From Octopus sinensis (Eukaryota): 64,000 bases of DNA. Below are positions 52,203 to 64,000 of the stretch, piece by piece. The stretch is from NCBI RefSeq assembly GCF_006345805.1, contig NC_043007.1:6510001-6574000 (forward strand), in the 5' to 3' direction. The notes beneath the pieces were generated by a model, which worked only from the letters and a program-made list of their open reading frames with translations, did not search any database and had not been told where the DNA came from. How positions within the stretch are numbered: position 1 is the first letter of the stretch; each line of letters opens with the position of its first letter. A program made the translations under genes and the position numbers.

Positions 52203-53242
52203 CTCATTGAGAATAATTTGAACCCCTGTTATGCCGGAATTTTTATTCCCTAATTAATAAAATTATATATATATATACACACACAGGTGAGAATCAGACT
52301 GACATATACGCACAAACACACACACACCCACGCAGTTGCTTTTATTATTATTATTATTATAGTTACTACTTTTACCACTTCTGTTACAACTACAACCAAC
52401 TCTACATCTATCATCACCAGTTCTCCTGGTAGTAGTAGTATAAGTAATATCAATAACTGTAGAAATAGCGGCAGTAGTATTAGTAGCATTATTAGTAGGA
52501 GTGTTAATATTTTGATTATTTGTATGTACATATCTCTCTCTATATAAACGGCAAAATGTCTGTGTGTGTGTGATTTATACAAATCCACAATTTTTCAGTT
52601 AGCGGGCTCGCACTTGCTATGGTCATTCAAACACCGTCCAAGGATGGTCGTGCACATCTTTACATTTCTCCAGCCACCCCGCAAAGCCATTAAAAATCAA
52701 TAGAAGTGACTTTTTTGTGAATTTTCTATCCAAAACCCAATCAAAATGCCCGAAACTTGATACGCCAATTGAATGCCAGCTAGATGTATGTGATTGGTCG
52801 GAGATTTGGAAAGTACTCGCGTGTATGTGCACACGCACGCACGCAGCTGTATAAGCATACACTAAGCACTATGGCCGGTGTTACCGGGTCATACTGCTAG
52901 TATATAGTTATTTGTATGCGTAAAGTAATATTTTTAGAGCAATACCATTGGTTTCATATCTAGCGTGAAGTAGACTTATCTTCAGTTTCTCTGAACGATA
53001 ACTGTTCTCTGCAAAGAATTCTTTTTAAAAACATACGTACGCCGATGATAGTTGTAGAAGTATACTTCTTAAAAATTAAGGCCGGGTGAGTTGTCTGCCT
53101 TCGCTTGATAGCTAGGTTTCCCAGTTTTGAAGTAGAAATTTCTAATAATGTGGACTACTCCCTCGGCTTCCGTCCTGGAGTTCAGGCAGCCTCCTGTCTC
53201 ATGTGAGTTCATAAGTATCATTTACTTGGTAAAATCTATTTA

Positions 53243-53481
53243 CCAAGGTAAGGTGGCAATCCTGCGTTGGACTATGTTACTACCATTTAACTCAAAGAAA
53301 ACATCCTTACCAGCTGGTTATCGATACACAATCTGTGCCTGAAATATAATGGGAGCAAGGGCAGGAGGGGGGAGTACGCTCCCTTGCGCAACACGTGTGT
53401 CAATAACCAGCTGGAAAAGATGTTTTCCTGGGGTTAAAATGTAGTAACATGATCCTACGGAGGACATCTACCTTACGTTGG
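53243..53481. mobile_element. Second, shorter and more diverged copy of the foldback MITE family at 25910
   Basis: Arms ccaaggtaaggtggcaatcctg...aaacatccttaccagctggttat / ataaccagctggaaaagatgttttcctgggg...ctaccttacgttgg. Confidence 0.75.
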
Positions 53482-53883
53482 CGGAGAGATTTTACTATGC
53501 AGTACAGTTACTACTTAGATCGCAATGAGACATTTAACAGTTGCGTTGCAAATATTCATTTATATTTTCCATTGGTATATGGGAAACATCGACTAATTAA
53601 TACAGAAAATGTCTGTGTGTGTTTGTGTATGTGTGTGTTAATATAATACCAAATTCCAATTAATCTGTCTGTACGATTGCATAACGCTTAATTAAACATC
53701 CATTATCACTTATGTTACATCATTTTTTAAAATTTTATATGTGTTCAGTTTTATTGTTTTTGTATATATTTCAACCATTAACGTAAAAAAACAACAAATC
53801 CAGAAGTAAAACATTAAAAAACATCCATCTTACGATTAAAACTATACGTGTTTATTGTCGATAATAGAAATATTGACAGACAT

Positions 53884-53892
53884 ATGATGATG

Positions 53893-53960
<68 letters not shown>
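53884..53960. repeat. (AAT)n microsatellite
   Basis: Directly visible. Confidence 0.95.
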
Positions 53961-54689
53961 CTATACAGCTGTAAAACATCATATTCAACTGACTACCCCA
54001 TAGCTTATTATCAAAAAATAAAATACATATGTGTATGTAAAACATTCGTATAAGTAGCGATTTGTTGCTAGCAATAGTTATTAGTTATAACCATATATTT
54101 TAACATACTTTAACATATTTATTGTGGCTGTTGAAACATAAATTCGAAAATTAATTGGTTAGAGAAAATAAAGAAAATTTATATCAAAGAATAGCCAAAC
54201 CGTTTTAAGTACGAGTGCGGGAGATAATCCCGAAATACTCTTTTGTGTTACTACAGCAAAGGCTGTCCAGTACTAGTGAACGTTAGGGGAATACAAGCAT
54301 AGAACATATCAGTGGCTGCCTTGATTGATGTACGAAATAAGAAATAATATTCTTGAAATTAATCAAATCGTTTACTCTTCCATTTAAATACTGTTTCTCT
54401 CATCCTAACATCGGTAAGTAATGAGAAATTTAAGTGTGTTTAATGAAGTTAAAATAATACTTGAACATCAAGAGAAAAAGATGTGTAAAAGGTACTTGAA
54501 AAATAAATAAATAAAAAATATATTAAATTCCAATGGAAGTCAATCTCAAAAGGGGAGATGTTGGGGCTAGAGACATTGACGCTTTTGGCGGATTGAAGAA
54601 AGAGCTAGCCTGGTTCAACAAAAAAAAAAAATGCAAAAATAGAAAGAAATGTTAAAGAGAAAATGAGACGATGTGTAGGTGTCACCCTA

Positions 54690-55400
54690 CCCCCGTCCCC
54701 TGCGACAACACAAGCTTTATCAAGGAAAGAGAAAATATAACCCGAAATCCAACAAGGTGGCGGTAGTGACAAAAGAACAAATACAAAAAGCACAAAGAGC
54801 CATCTGGCTGGACATTACCTACATTGCCAGAGGGTTAGGGTTCGATGCTCGCGACGGTGGAAGTACGGTCTACCAGCGAGGGGATAGCCAGGTATCACTC
54901 CGCAACTTCCATGCAGACAGACGAGGTAGTCCTTCTACCTGTCTACTTGGGAAGGTAGATAGGTGGAAGTAATTCGAACAACTACCATACGGCAACTTAC
55001 CTGTCTTCCTGCGAATACCTCCAGAGGTGAACTTAAACTAGATAATGGCGGCAATTTTAATGGGCTTCGAGGAAAGTATTATAATCCTATAGGCGACAAA
55101 GGTACCAGGGAAAAACTGACCAGGGCAAACACTTGAAATGATAATCAAGGCTGCCCAAAGGGATTTAGAAGAAATGGTCAATACCATAAGGTGGGAGATG
55201 ACGTGAGGCTTGGGGTTGTGGTAGAAGGCAGGAGGCCGAGGTTCTACAACTATGGACAGTGGGACATATTGGTGCTAAATGCGTCCCCCCTTACCTTTTT
55301 ATACAACAGTGCAAAGGTTTCAGTGGGAAAAGAAGTTTTGGTGAACACTGATATAGAGGTGACCATGGAGGATTGTGAGTAGTTACACTCGAGCGTAAGG
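54690..55400 (+). mobile_element. Decayed LINE ORF1 (gag-like, Tx1/L1-type) fragment
   Basis: RIPPEVNLN*IMAAIL and GVVVEGRRPRFYNYGQ / GHIGAKC (broken CCHC knuckle). GC-rich island. Confidence 0.6.
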
Positions 55401-56016
55401 TGCTCCGTCATGTTGCTGGAGGAGTATTACAAGTTGAAAGAGAAGTACAGGACAATTGTCTACTACACTGGAAGAGACGTCTAGATGAACTCATTATAGC
55501 TAAAGGCAAGACTGAGTGAAATTTACCCAGCGACAATACAAGTGAACGGTTTTTGTAGCGTAAAAGTTTTGACTCGATCTTGAACGCTGATTATCATAAT
55601 AATGTTCTAACGGCATAAGTAATGTTTGGTAATTTGTGTACAAAAAAACAAAGAGCATATAATTGCTTATAATAGGAGCCAACATAGAACTGTATTTGTT
55701 ATCAGCGTATTTTGACAGTGCAGATGATGATTTAGAAGGCAAAAAAAAAACAGAAAAAAAGAGAAAAGCAATATAATGTGTTGTAAAAAATCGGATTCAA
55801 TGAAACTGTTGGGTCGTGGGGTCGAGTGGCCTTCATGTCATTTTTCATAATTTATATTCGATGAAATATTATATATATAATTGAACTCCCATTCTCCGAG
55901 TGCGTTCCTCACCACAGTCAGAAAATTTGAATATATTTCTCCTTTTTTTGCGTAATTTTCTTTTGGAAATATGTGTACGTGTGTGTAAGTGTGTGTGTGT
56001 GTGTGTGTGTGTGTGT

Positions 56017-56047
<31 letters not shown>

Positions 56048-56466
56048 TCTCTGTTGACGTCACAAAAAATGAAGAATTTTATCGTTAAAGGTGTGAAATT
56101 GTAATGATTTTTGGGCCATTATCTGACGAAGGAAGAGCATAGCCATGATTTGTGTGTCAAGTTTCCGTTCGTGTATTTGTTCTGTTTCTGTGTAGTTTTT
56201 GAAACATATTATTTGGTGTAACATCACTCACCAATCTCCACTTTGTCACCCTAACTAGCAGGAATATTTTGTTTGCGATATCTCTTTCTTCTTCTCTCTT
56301 TTGTCTTCCTCTCTCTCCTTCTCTCTCTCCCATTCATCTTTTTCATATCCTCTTTCTCTCCACATTTTCCTCTCCCCTACCCCACGGCCATTAACAAAAT
56401 TTTTGCGTGCCTAAACATGTACTCACGTGCAAACAGGTGCATATTCAAAAAGAGAAAGGGACAGAG

Positions 56467-56505
<39 letters not shown>

Positions 56506-56715
56506 CAGAGAGAGGAGAGGGAGAAAGCTGCGAGATACATACTTAGATGATGGATCTAAGGAGGGAAATAGAATTTTTTAAATTTTAAATGTATTATGTT
56601 CCTTTAAATGTCGTATGATCTTTAAGTGGTTCAGTCATGACTATCTTCACTTTCACCATAAATGGACACAACAAAACATTACTCGAAAACATCATTCATC
56701 TTTTACGATGTTAAA

Positions 56716-56930
56716 TATCTATCTATCTATGTATCTATCTATCTGTCAATCTATCCATCTACCTATCTATCCATCTATCCATCTATCTATCTATCTATCC
56801 GTCTATCTATCTATCCGTCTTTCTATCTATCCGTCTATCCATCTATCCGTCTATACATCTATCCGTATATCCATCTATCTATCTATTTATCTTTATATGT
56901 ATCTATTTATTTATCTATCTATCTATTTAT

Positions 56931-56996
<66 letters not shown>

Positions 56997-57045
56997 GTCT
57001 ATCTGTCTATCTATCTATCTGTCTGTCTATCTATCTTTCTATCTA
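56716..57045. repeat. Degenerate (ATCT/ATCC)n microsatellite
   Basis: Directly visible. Confidence 0.95.
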
Positions 57046-57512
57046 TCGACACCAGGTGCCATATCAACTACTGCGAGAGACTGGAAAAGTTAAGATTTTA
57101 CTGCCTGGAGCGAAGGTGGGAAAGATATGCAGTAATATACATCTGGAAAATCTTAGAAAAACTTGTGCCAAATGTTATCATTGTTACATAAACAGCAAGA
57201 CCTGGCACCACTACATAGTAACAGAAACCCCAGCATTTCCATCAGGATACAGAACACGATATTGCAGCAGCTTGGGGTTAAAAAACCCACAACTCTTCTA
57301 TATCCTCCCACAAAATCTGCGGGAACTTCACGGCTGCATCTTCTATCAAGAGTTCCCGGATGAACCTACCTCAAGCCAAGTAACACAGATCAGGGCAGTG
57401 AAGTCAAACTCCCTCATCCACCAAATGTCACGCATCAGAAGAGGTTTAGGGAATGTTTAGCAAAGTAAATGGCGCTGCCTCAACATGGCCGCAGTCCTTG
57501 GACTGAAACTGT
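57046..57512 (+). mobile_element. 3' end of an L2/CR1-group LINE with 3' UTR
   Basis: NPQLFYILPQNLRELHGC...FPDEPTSSQVTQIRAVKSNSLIHQM motif, then ggcgctgcctcaacatggccgcagtccttggactgaaact. Confidence 0.75.
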
Positions 57513-57720
57513 GTGTTTCCTTCTTGAACAAGGCACTTGATTCCAGTTCACTCAGCTGTACTCATGAGATGCGAATCTGCATAGGCCTTTGATTTTCCCT
57601 TGGACAAATTCGGTGGCGTGGAGAAGGGAAACTGGTGTATATGGGCGATTGCTACGCTTCCATAAACAACCTTGCTCGGACTTGTGACTCGGGAGATGCA
57701 GTCCCATGAGGGTCGTTCCC
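57513..57720 (+). mobile_element. SINE-like body fragment (third family)
   Basis: ttccttcttgaacaaggcacttgattccagttcactcagctg, a CCTTGAGCAAGGCACTT-type core start. Confidence 0.45.
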
Positions 57721-57754
57721 CACCACCTATACACACACAAACACACACACACAT

Positions 57755-57826
<72 letters not shown>

Positions 57827-59104
57827 TCTGGTTTCAAATGAGTTCACAACATTGAGGTTAAACTTTAAAATTTGGTTCGTTCAAAATTTATTTAATCCAA
57901 TGAAATGTTTATCCCTGGGCATCGAACAACGCAGTACGCCTCAGCTGCAGCACAAGCAGACAGCGACACACACACACACTCACACAGACACACACACACA
58001 CGCACACACGAACGCACACGCACACACACACACATACACACTTGCACTCATATATATGTATGAATAATGTGTGTATTCAATGCAGTATCGTTGCTGTTGC
58101 TGCATGATAATTAAATGGCTAATCTTGTTATAAATTTCAATTAGGAATATATTTTTCATTCGCGTGGCTGTTGTTATTCGTTTGTTTATTTGGATTTAAA
58201 TTTTACCAAAATGTTATCAGATGAATTCGAAGTTTTCATCATTGGCTTTCGTATAATTAATCAGTGTGTGTTCTTTGGAGTAGTAGTAAGTGACTTTAGT
58301 TCCTGCAGAGTAACCCTTTTCTCTTATCTGGAACACTAATGTTTTTATACATTTACAATTAAATTTTTTTTTTTCCATTTCAATTGTTGATTCAACAGCT
58401 CGAGAATGATGTATTAGGTAAAGAATGTCTCCAAATGAAGTCACGAAATAGAGACGAAACATTTTGGAGCAAATAACACCAACAATTAAAATATTTATTG
58501 TTTTGATTCGGAGATTTTGCACGCAAAAAACACGTATTTGAGGACAAAACTCTAATGAGAGACAAGATAATTGACAGCTTCGTGGCAGTAGTAGTACCGT
58601 GCTGAAATACAGTGCATCAAGTGACACTGCATTTATGTTTTACTTGCTTCAGTCATTGGTCATCTTGCCATACTGGCACAACACCATGAAGGATCAAATC
58701 GAACTCAGAGCTCGTTTTAAAGCCATCTTCTTGCGACTCTTTTTCGGAACCTCCAAGTTCACTTTTTTAGAAACACATCCATATTTGCTCACAATCATTG
58801 GTATTTATACATAAAATATTTTGTTGTCCGTGGATCTATTGTCCTCTCATAAGAAATTTTCTGTTTGGAAATAGATTTCCTTTTACATATACTGGCCTTT
58901 TTTCTTAGACAAATTCATGTATACAACTTGTATTAAGGACATCATTTCTTCACGTTCATATCAACATTTCTGCCTAGAATTACGCAGCGATTATTTATTA
59001 CGATCTTGTGAGAATCGATTATTTGTTGTGAAGAAGACCGGACTGGATATGCGTCAAAATCTTTTGAAAATCGCATTTATGATTTTCTTTTGTATTGCAC
59101 TCAC

Positions 59105-59122
59105 ACAAATGCTTTTATTATC
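59105..59122 (-). CDS. Possible 18-nt microexon
   Basis: cctcctctcacag|GATAATAAAAGCATTTGT|gtgagt. Good signals but too short to support. Confidence 0.15.
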
Positions 59123-59274
59123 CTGTGAGAGGAGGATATAAGTGCCCCGACCATAACACTGTGGAGGAGTTCCGCCTTAATTGTGAAGCTAGGATATAAA
59201 ATGTTGCCCTTTGCCGCGTCACAGACTGTGTGTACACGTGCATTAAATAAATAAATAAAGAACATATATATAAA

Positions 59275-59484
59275 GGCGGCGAGCTGGGCGAAATGCGTAG
59301 CCGTATTTCGTCTGCCGTTACGTTCTGAGTTCAAATTCCGCCGAGGTCGACTTTGCCTTTCATCCTTTCGGGGTCGATAAATTAAGTACTAGTTACGCAT
59401 TGAGGGTCGTTGTAATCGACTTAATCCGTTTGTCTGTCCTTGTTTGTCCCCTCTGTGTTTAGCCCCTTGTGGGTAATAGAGAAT
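59275..59484 (+). mobile_element. Family A SINE with head deletion
   Basis: GGCGGCGAGCTGGGCGAAATG... with full core and tail. Confidence 0.9.
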
Positions 59485-59685
59485 TATATATATATATATA
59501 TATATAGCAAAAGCGGGAGTGGTGTTTCCAACCAGGAAAAAAATATATAGGAAAATATGTTGCTGAAACTGCTCTTAAATTTCAAAACCTCGTAAATGTT
59601 TAAAATACATTTATTTACATATGTACCAGACTAGTTTCAATAATATTTTTTGTTTATCAATGGTAAAAGTGTAAAATTAGAAAAC

Positions 59686-59846
59686 GACGGGCTTGTTTCG
59701 GTTTCCGTCTACCACATCCAGTCACAAGTCTTTGGTCAGCCCGACGCTATAGTAGAAGACACATGCTTAATTTGGGACGCAGTCCGACTGAACCCGGAGC
59801 CATGTGGTTGGTAAGCAAGCTACTTACTACACAGTTACTCCTGCGC
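59686..59846 (-). mobile_element. Family B SINE head
   Basis: Matches 9403-9563. Confidence 0.8.
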
Positions 59847-59879
59847 CTATATACATATACATATAGATACATACATACA

Positions 59880-59953
<74 letters not shown>

Positions 59954-60604
59954 ATGATTGAAGATAAATGATATCTTTCTAATATTGCTTGTAAATAAAT
60001 ATTTTATATATTTCTAATCTTTATATAATATTTATGTTCGATGTATTTCTAATACTACTAATAAATATAGATATTTGATATATTTCTATATATTGCAGAT
60101 AAATATAAATATTGAATGTTTCTCATATTACTAATAAATATACATACTTGATAAATTTCTCATATTGGAAGCATACCTATATTTTAATTATTACTCAAAT
60201 ATAGGTACGAACGTGTGTGTGAATTCACACACACACAGACAAGTGCACGCACCTCTCATATATATATATACAACATGCACACAAAGACACACATACGCAT
60301 ACAAAATCACACATCCGTTCACATAAATAAACAGTAAAGATTTTTCGACTGAGAAATTATTGATTTGATTTTTAGAGAAAAAGTCTTTATTGCAGAAATA
60401 TGTGACAGGAAAAGTATCATTTTAATGTTTAAAAGAGAGTTGAAATATTGTAAATGAAATGTATTATTGAAACAATCAATAATATACTTTTGGAATATGA
60501 CAGTTATGATATCAAATAATTTTATGTTGCTAACAAATACCATTAATATCAATCCTAAAGAAGTTATGAAGAATATCGTATAAAGTTGTATACTTACACT
60601 TGAT

Positions 60605-61838
60605 ATACCAGGTGAGTCAAATTTTTCCCGATAGTTTTGAGAACTTTTATCTGCATATTATTATCATGAATTTGATACAACTTGTCGTCCATTCGTTGCT
60701 GACAAGATTATTCTTTCATTTTCACATATAACATAATATATGAACATTAATTGCTTATTTTTCAATTTAGAGCTTTGGTAACGAGTATTGAGAAAAATGC
60801 ACTTAGAGCTACTTTATACTACCTGGGCCAAAAAAAGGTAAAAAGTGCAAGGGCATCGGTAACAGAAATAAATGATTTGGTAGACGCAGGAACCGTCAAC
60901 GAACGTATGATATAAAACTGGTTCAAACATTTCAAGGAAGCTGATAGCAGCCTCGGAGACAAAAGTAATGTCAGGGACACTTCCTGTTGTGGAAAATGAG
61001 TCCTTGCTTTCATTGGTTCAGCAACAACCAAGAACAGCCACTCGTACATTGTCAGAAGAACTTGGTCTTTCCCTTACACCAAGAACTATAAATCGACACC
61101 TCCATACGCTCCGTCTTATATTCAGATGCTATGAAGAAAGTCCTCAAGAGCTGACCAATAACCAGGCTAACCGACGTTTGAACAGTTGCACACAACTGGT
61201 GGGAAATCCTTGAGATGTTTGTATCGGGCGTCGATTTGTAACTGGGGATGAAAAATGGATCTATTTTCGTAATCCTAATGAAGTAAGTCAATGACTTCGT
61301 TCCGGTTAGGCTACAGAATCTGTTGTGTAATTTCAAAGGGGGGTTGCACTTTGATCTTTTTCCAGACGGCCATACTGTGAACGTTAACCTTTAGGCTCAA
61401 CATCTACAACATGAATGTGATGCTGTGAAAGCCCGTTACCCGGAATTGGTGAATCGAAGACGCGCAATCGTACTGTATAACATTGCTGCAACTCATACTG
61501 CCAATGTGACAAGCGTAAGCGTCGAATTACTTGAGGGGCTAGAAGTGCTGCCTAACCCTACCTTCAGTGAAGACCTTCCATCACATTTTCTGAGGTACGG
61601 GTTATTTCCTGTATGGTCGATGGTTCAACAATATGAATGAAGTTGAAAATGGGTGCCAGGAAATTTTTGCCTCTAAAATAGCCAAATGTTATGAGGTTAG
61701 AATTGAGCTGCTGACAAATCGTTGGCGACGGGCAGTTGAAAATGATAGAACATATTTTGATGAATAGACATTTTTTGTGGGTGATTGATTTGAACAATTA
61801 TAGATTGAAATACGAAACATTTTAACTCAAGCATTATG
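60605..61838 (+). mobile_element. Near full-length decayed mariner element
   Basis: NWFKHFKEADSSL, TATRTLSEEL, FVTGDEKWIYFRNP, KARYPELVNR and LEVLPNPTFSEDL. Partial TIRs gtgagtcaaatttttccc / gaaacattttaactcaag. Confidence 0.85.
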
Positions 61839-62418
61839 ACAACATAAGACATCACTATACATTCAAAGAGCCCAAAATGTTACTGTCCTTTTATTTCCGT
61901 TTTTGTTGATGCAGTGCACTTGGTAACCGTTCCTGGATCGAACATTAACATATTTTTGTTAATTTTTATTATTCTTTGCAAATCTCAGCAAAGTTCAATC
62001 TCGTTGATTCATTAAGTAATTTTAGATGGATTAATAGGATTAATCAATTAAAATTGAGATAGGCGTCATATTAGATAATTATACATAGCCAAGAATTAAC
62101 AATATATCATTGAGACTTAATAAGTGTTCTAACATTGACAATATTTTAGAAATGATTGTTGATAATACTTGTACCACACGTTGAACTGCATCAATCCCGG
62201 GGCACCCCTTTGATTGTCCGGCGGAACAAATTACCTCTAGTGCATATTTTTAAAGTCTATTACATAATATTTCAGTTTCTTTTGCCGAACCGCTAAGAAA
62301 CTTATATTAGTCGAGTAGAAATGCAGCACAACATAGACACACACACTTGGGCACATAAACACACAAACGCACACGCACAAACACAAACACATGCACACAC
62401 ATACAAATATGTATATAT

Positions 62419-62458
<40 letters not shown>

Positions 62459-63729
62459 GATTACTTAAGTCTCAGTCTATCAGATCCACTGACACACCTA
62501 GAGGAATATAGACATAATGGAAATATTTCTAAGTAAATTTGTAGTTTGCTGCTTATATTCATATCACTAGTTTTTCTAGATCAATAGAACATCTTTCTCT
62601 TTTCTTTTGAAAAGTTACATTGAAACATATTTCTAAATCAATATTATGAATGAAAATAATCAATTTTGGTTCATGCAGGCAAAAATAATGGAGAACTTTG
62701 AGAAGAGAACAAACGTAAAATACAAATCATATACAGCTAATATTTGAAAAACATCTTTATGTAAAGCGTCAGGAAAAAGGTATCATAAACATCTGGCAGC
62801 AATTGTAATAATACTTGGAACAATACAAGAATTCACAATACAATATGGCTGACTTTCGAACATGTTCATATAAAGAAGAATAAAATAATATATTTAAATT
62901 CTACGGTTGCTGTCTCAAAATTCTTTTAGAGTGAAAAGACACCATATGCTCAAGGAGTCTTAAGCACGGAACTGGAAATGTTCCGTCTTGTATTGGTGAA
63001 AAATATGGAAACTACATTTTAATACTATAAATGTTTCTATAAAATAGCTTTACACAAATTTTAGCGGATAAATCAATGGTGGCATTAAACTGCTGCCACT
63101 ACTAACCGCGTCATAAAACTTCGGCGTTAACTCATGAACGGCACAGGGCTCAAATTATTTAAAGTGTGAGGTACTCTATTGGCTGAGTGACAGCGTTGTA
63201 ACTTTTTCTTAGAAGGAAACTTGACTGAGCATCATAGGAGGGGAAGATTCCTCTTTAGGATTTTACATGAATTTGATATAATTTGTGTAATTCAAAATAA
63301 ATTGATATCTTTCAATGATAAGCTGCAACTTTTGTTCTTTGCGTTCGTCAGATATAAATCTCCCAAACATTTCTGTGAAGCACAGATGAAATTCAGTTAC
63401 CTTTCCAGAGGAGGCATAATTATCATTCGGTCTTCAGTGGAAATAAATGCACTTTTACAAGATTTATAAGATATGTATATATATATATTAGCAATATAAA
63501 ATAAGGTAGTGAAGGTCGACCCATTATTTCACGAACACGACTTGGGGTTTGCAGATGTGAACTAAATATCCAAGAAGAATGCATTAAAATATTATATTCA
63601 CTCATGGTTCATACATTTATCCCATTTATCTTGTAAATTTATGTAAATTTATCTGGAAAATTGTTTTTGCTAAGTTTATTCTACAACAACTACCAACATA
63701 CAAACAACAGCAACTATAAATAGGAATTG

Positions 63730-63775
63730 TAATGATGATAATAATAATAATAATAATAATATAATAATAATAATA

Positions 63776-63806
<31 letters not shown>

Positions 63807-63816
63807 AATAATAATG

Positions 63817-63848
<32 letters not shown>

Positions 63849-63883
63849 TAATAATAATAATAATAATGATAATAATAATAATG

Positions 63884-63950
<67 letters not shown>
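63730..63950. repeat. Long (AAT)n microsatellite with interruptions
   Basis: Directly visible. Confidence 0.95.
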
Positions 63951-64000
63951 ATTGGAAGCTATGTCAACATTATGGAATAACAACAGAAAAAAGATGGTAT

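Noticed and set aside
56615-57460. Longest ORF in the track (281 aa)
   Set aside because: The N-terminal half is (ATCT)n translation and the rest is a decayed LINE C-terminus; not a gene.

Overview
AT-rich, repeat-dense eukaryotic DNA. The SINE families and extreme (TA)n/(CA)n/(ATCT)n/(AAT)n density suggest an octopus (coleoid cephalopod) genome; this is inference from recalled repeat motifs, not a database result. No intact recognisable protein-coding gene is visible, and most long entries in the ORF track are microsatellite translations. Supported by manual translation: decayed LINEs of several clades (CR1/L2-like, RTE, Tx1/L1, R4/Dong), Penelope-like fragments, three mariner remnants, a two-copy foldback MITE family, many tRNA-derived SINEs (some multimeric or nested), and several local duplications. 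A minus-strand type I hammerhead ribozyme folds well at 42581-42684. A set of GT-AG-bounded, phase-compatible candidate exons suggests a large-intron minus-strand transcript of unrecognised family. The most unusual item is a 62-bp inverted copy of the 3' splice site and first 40 nt of the best candidate exon, inserted inside a SINE 3.7 kb upstream. In a shared pre-mRNA it could pair with that splice site, like an editing-complementary sequence. All alignments and folds were done by eye.
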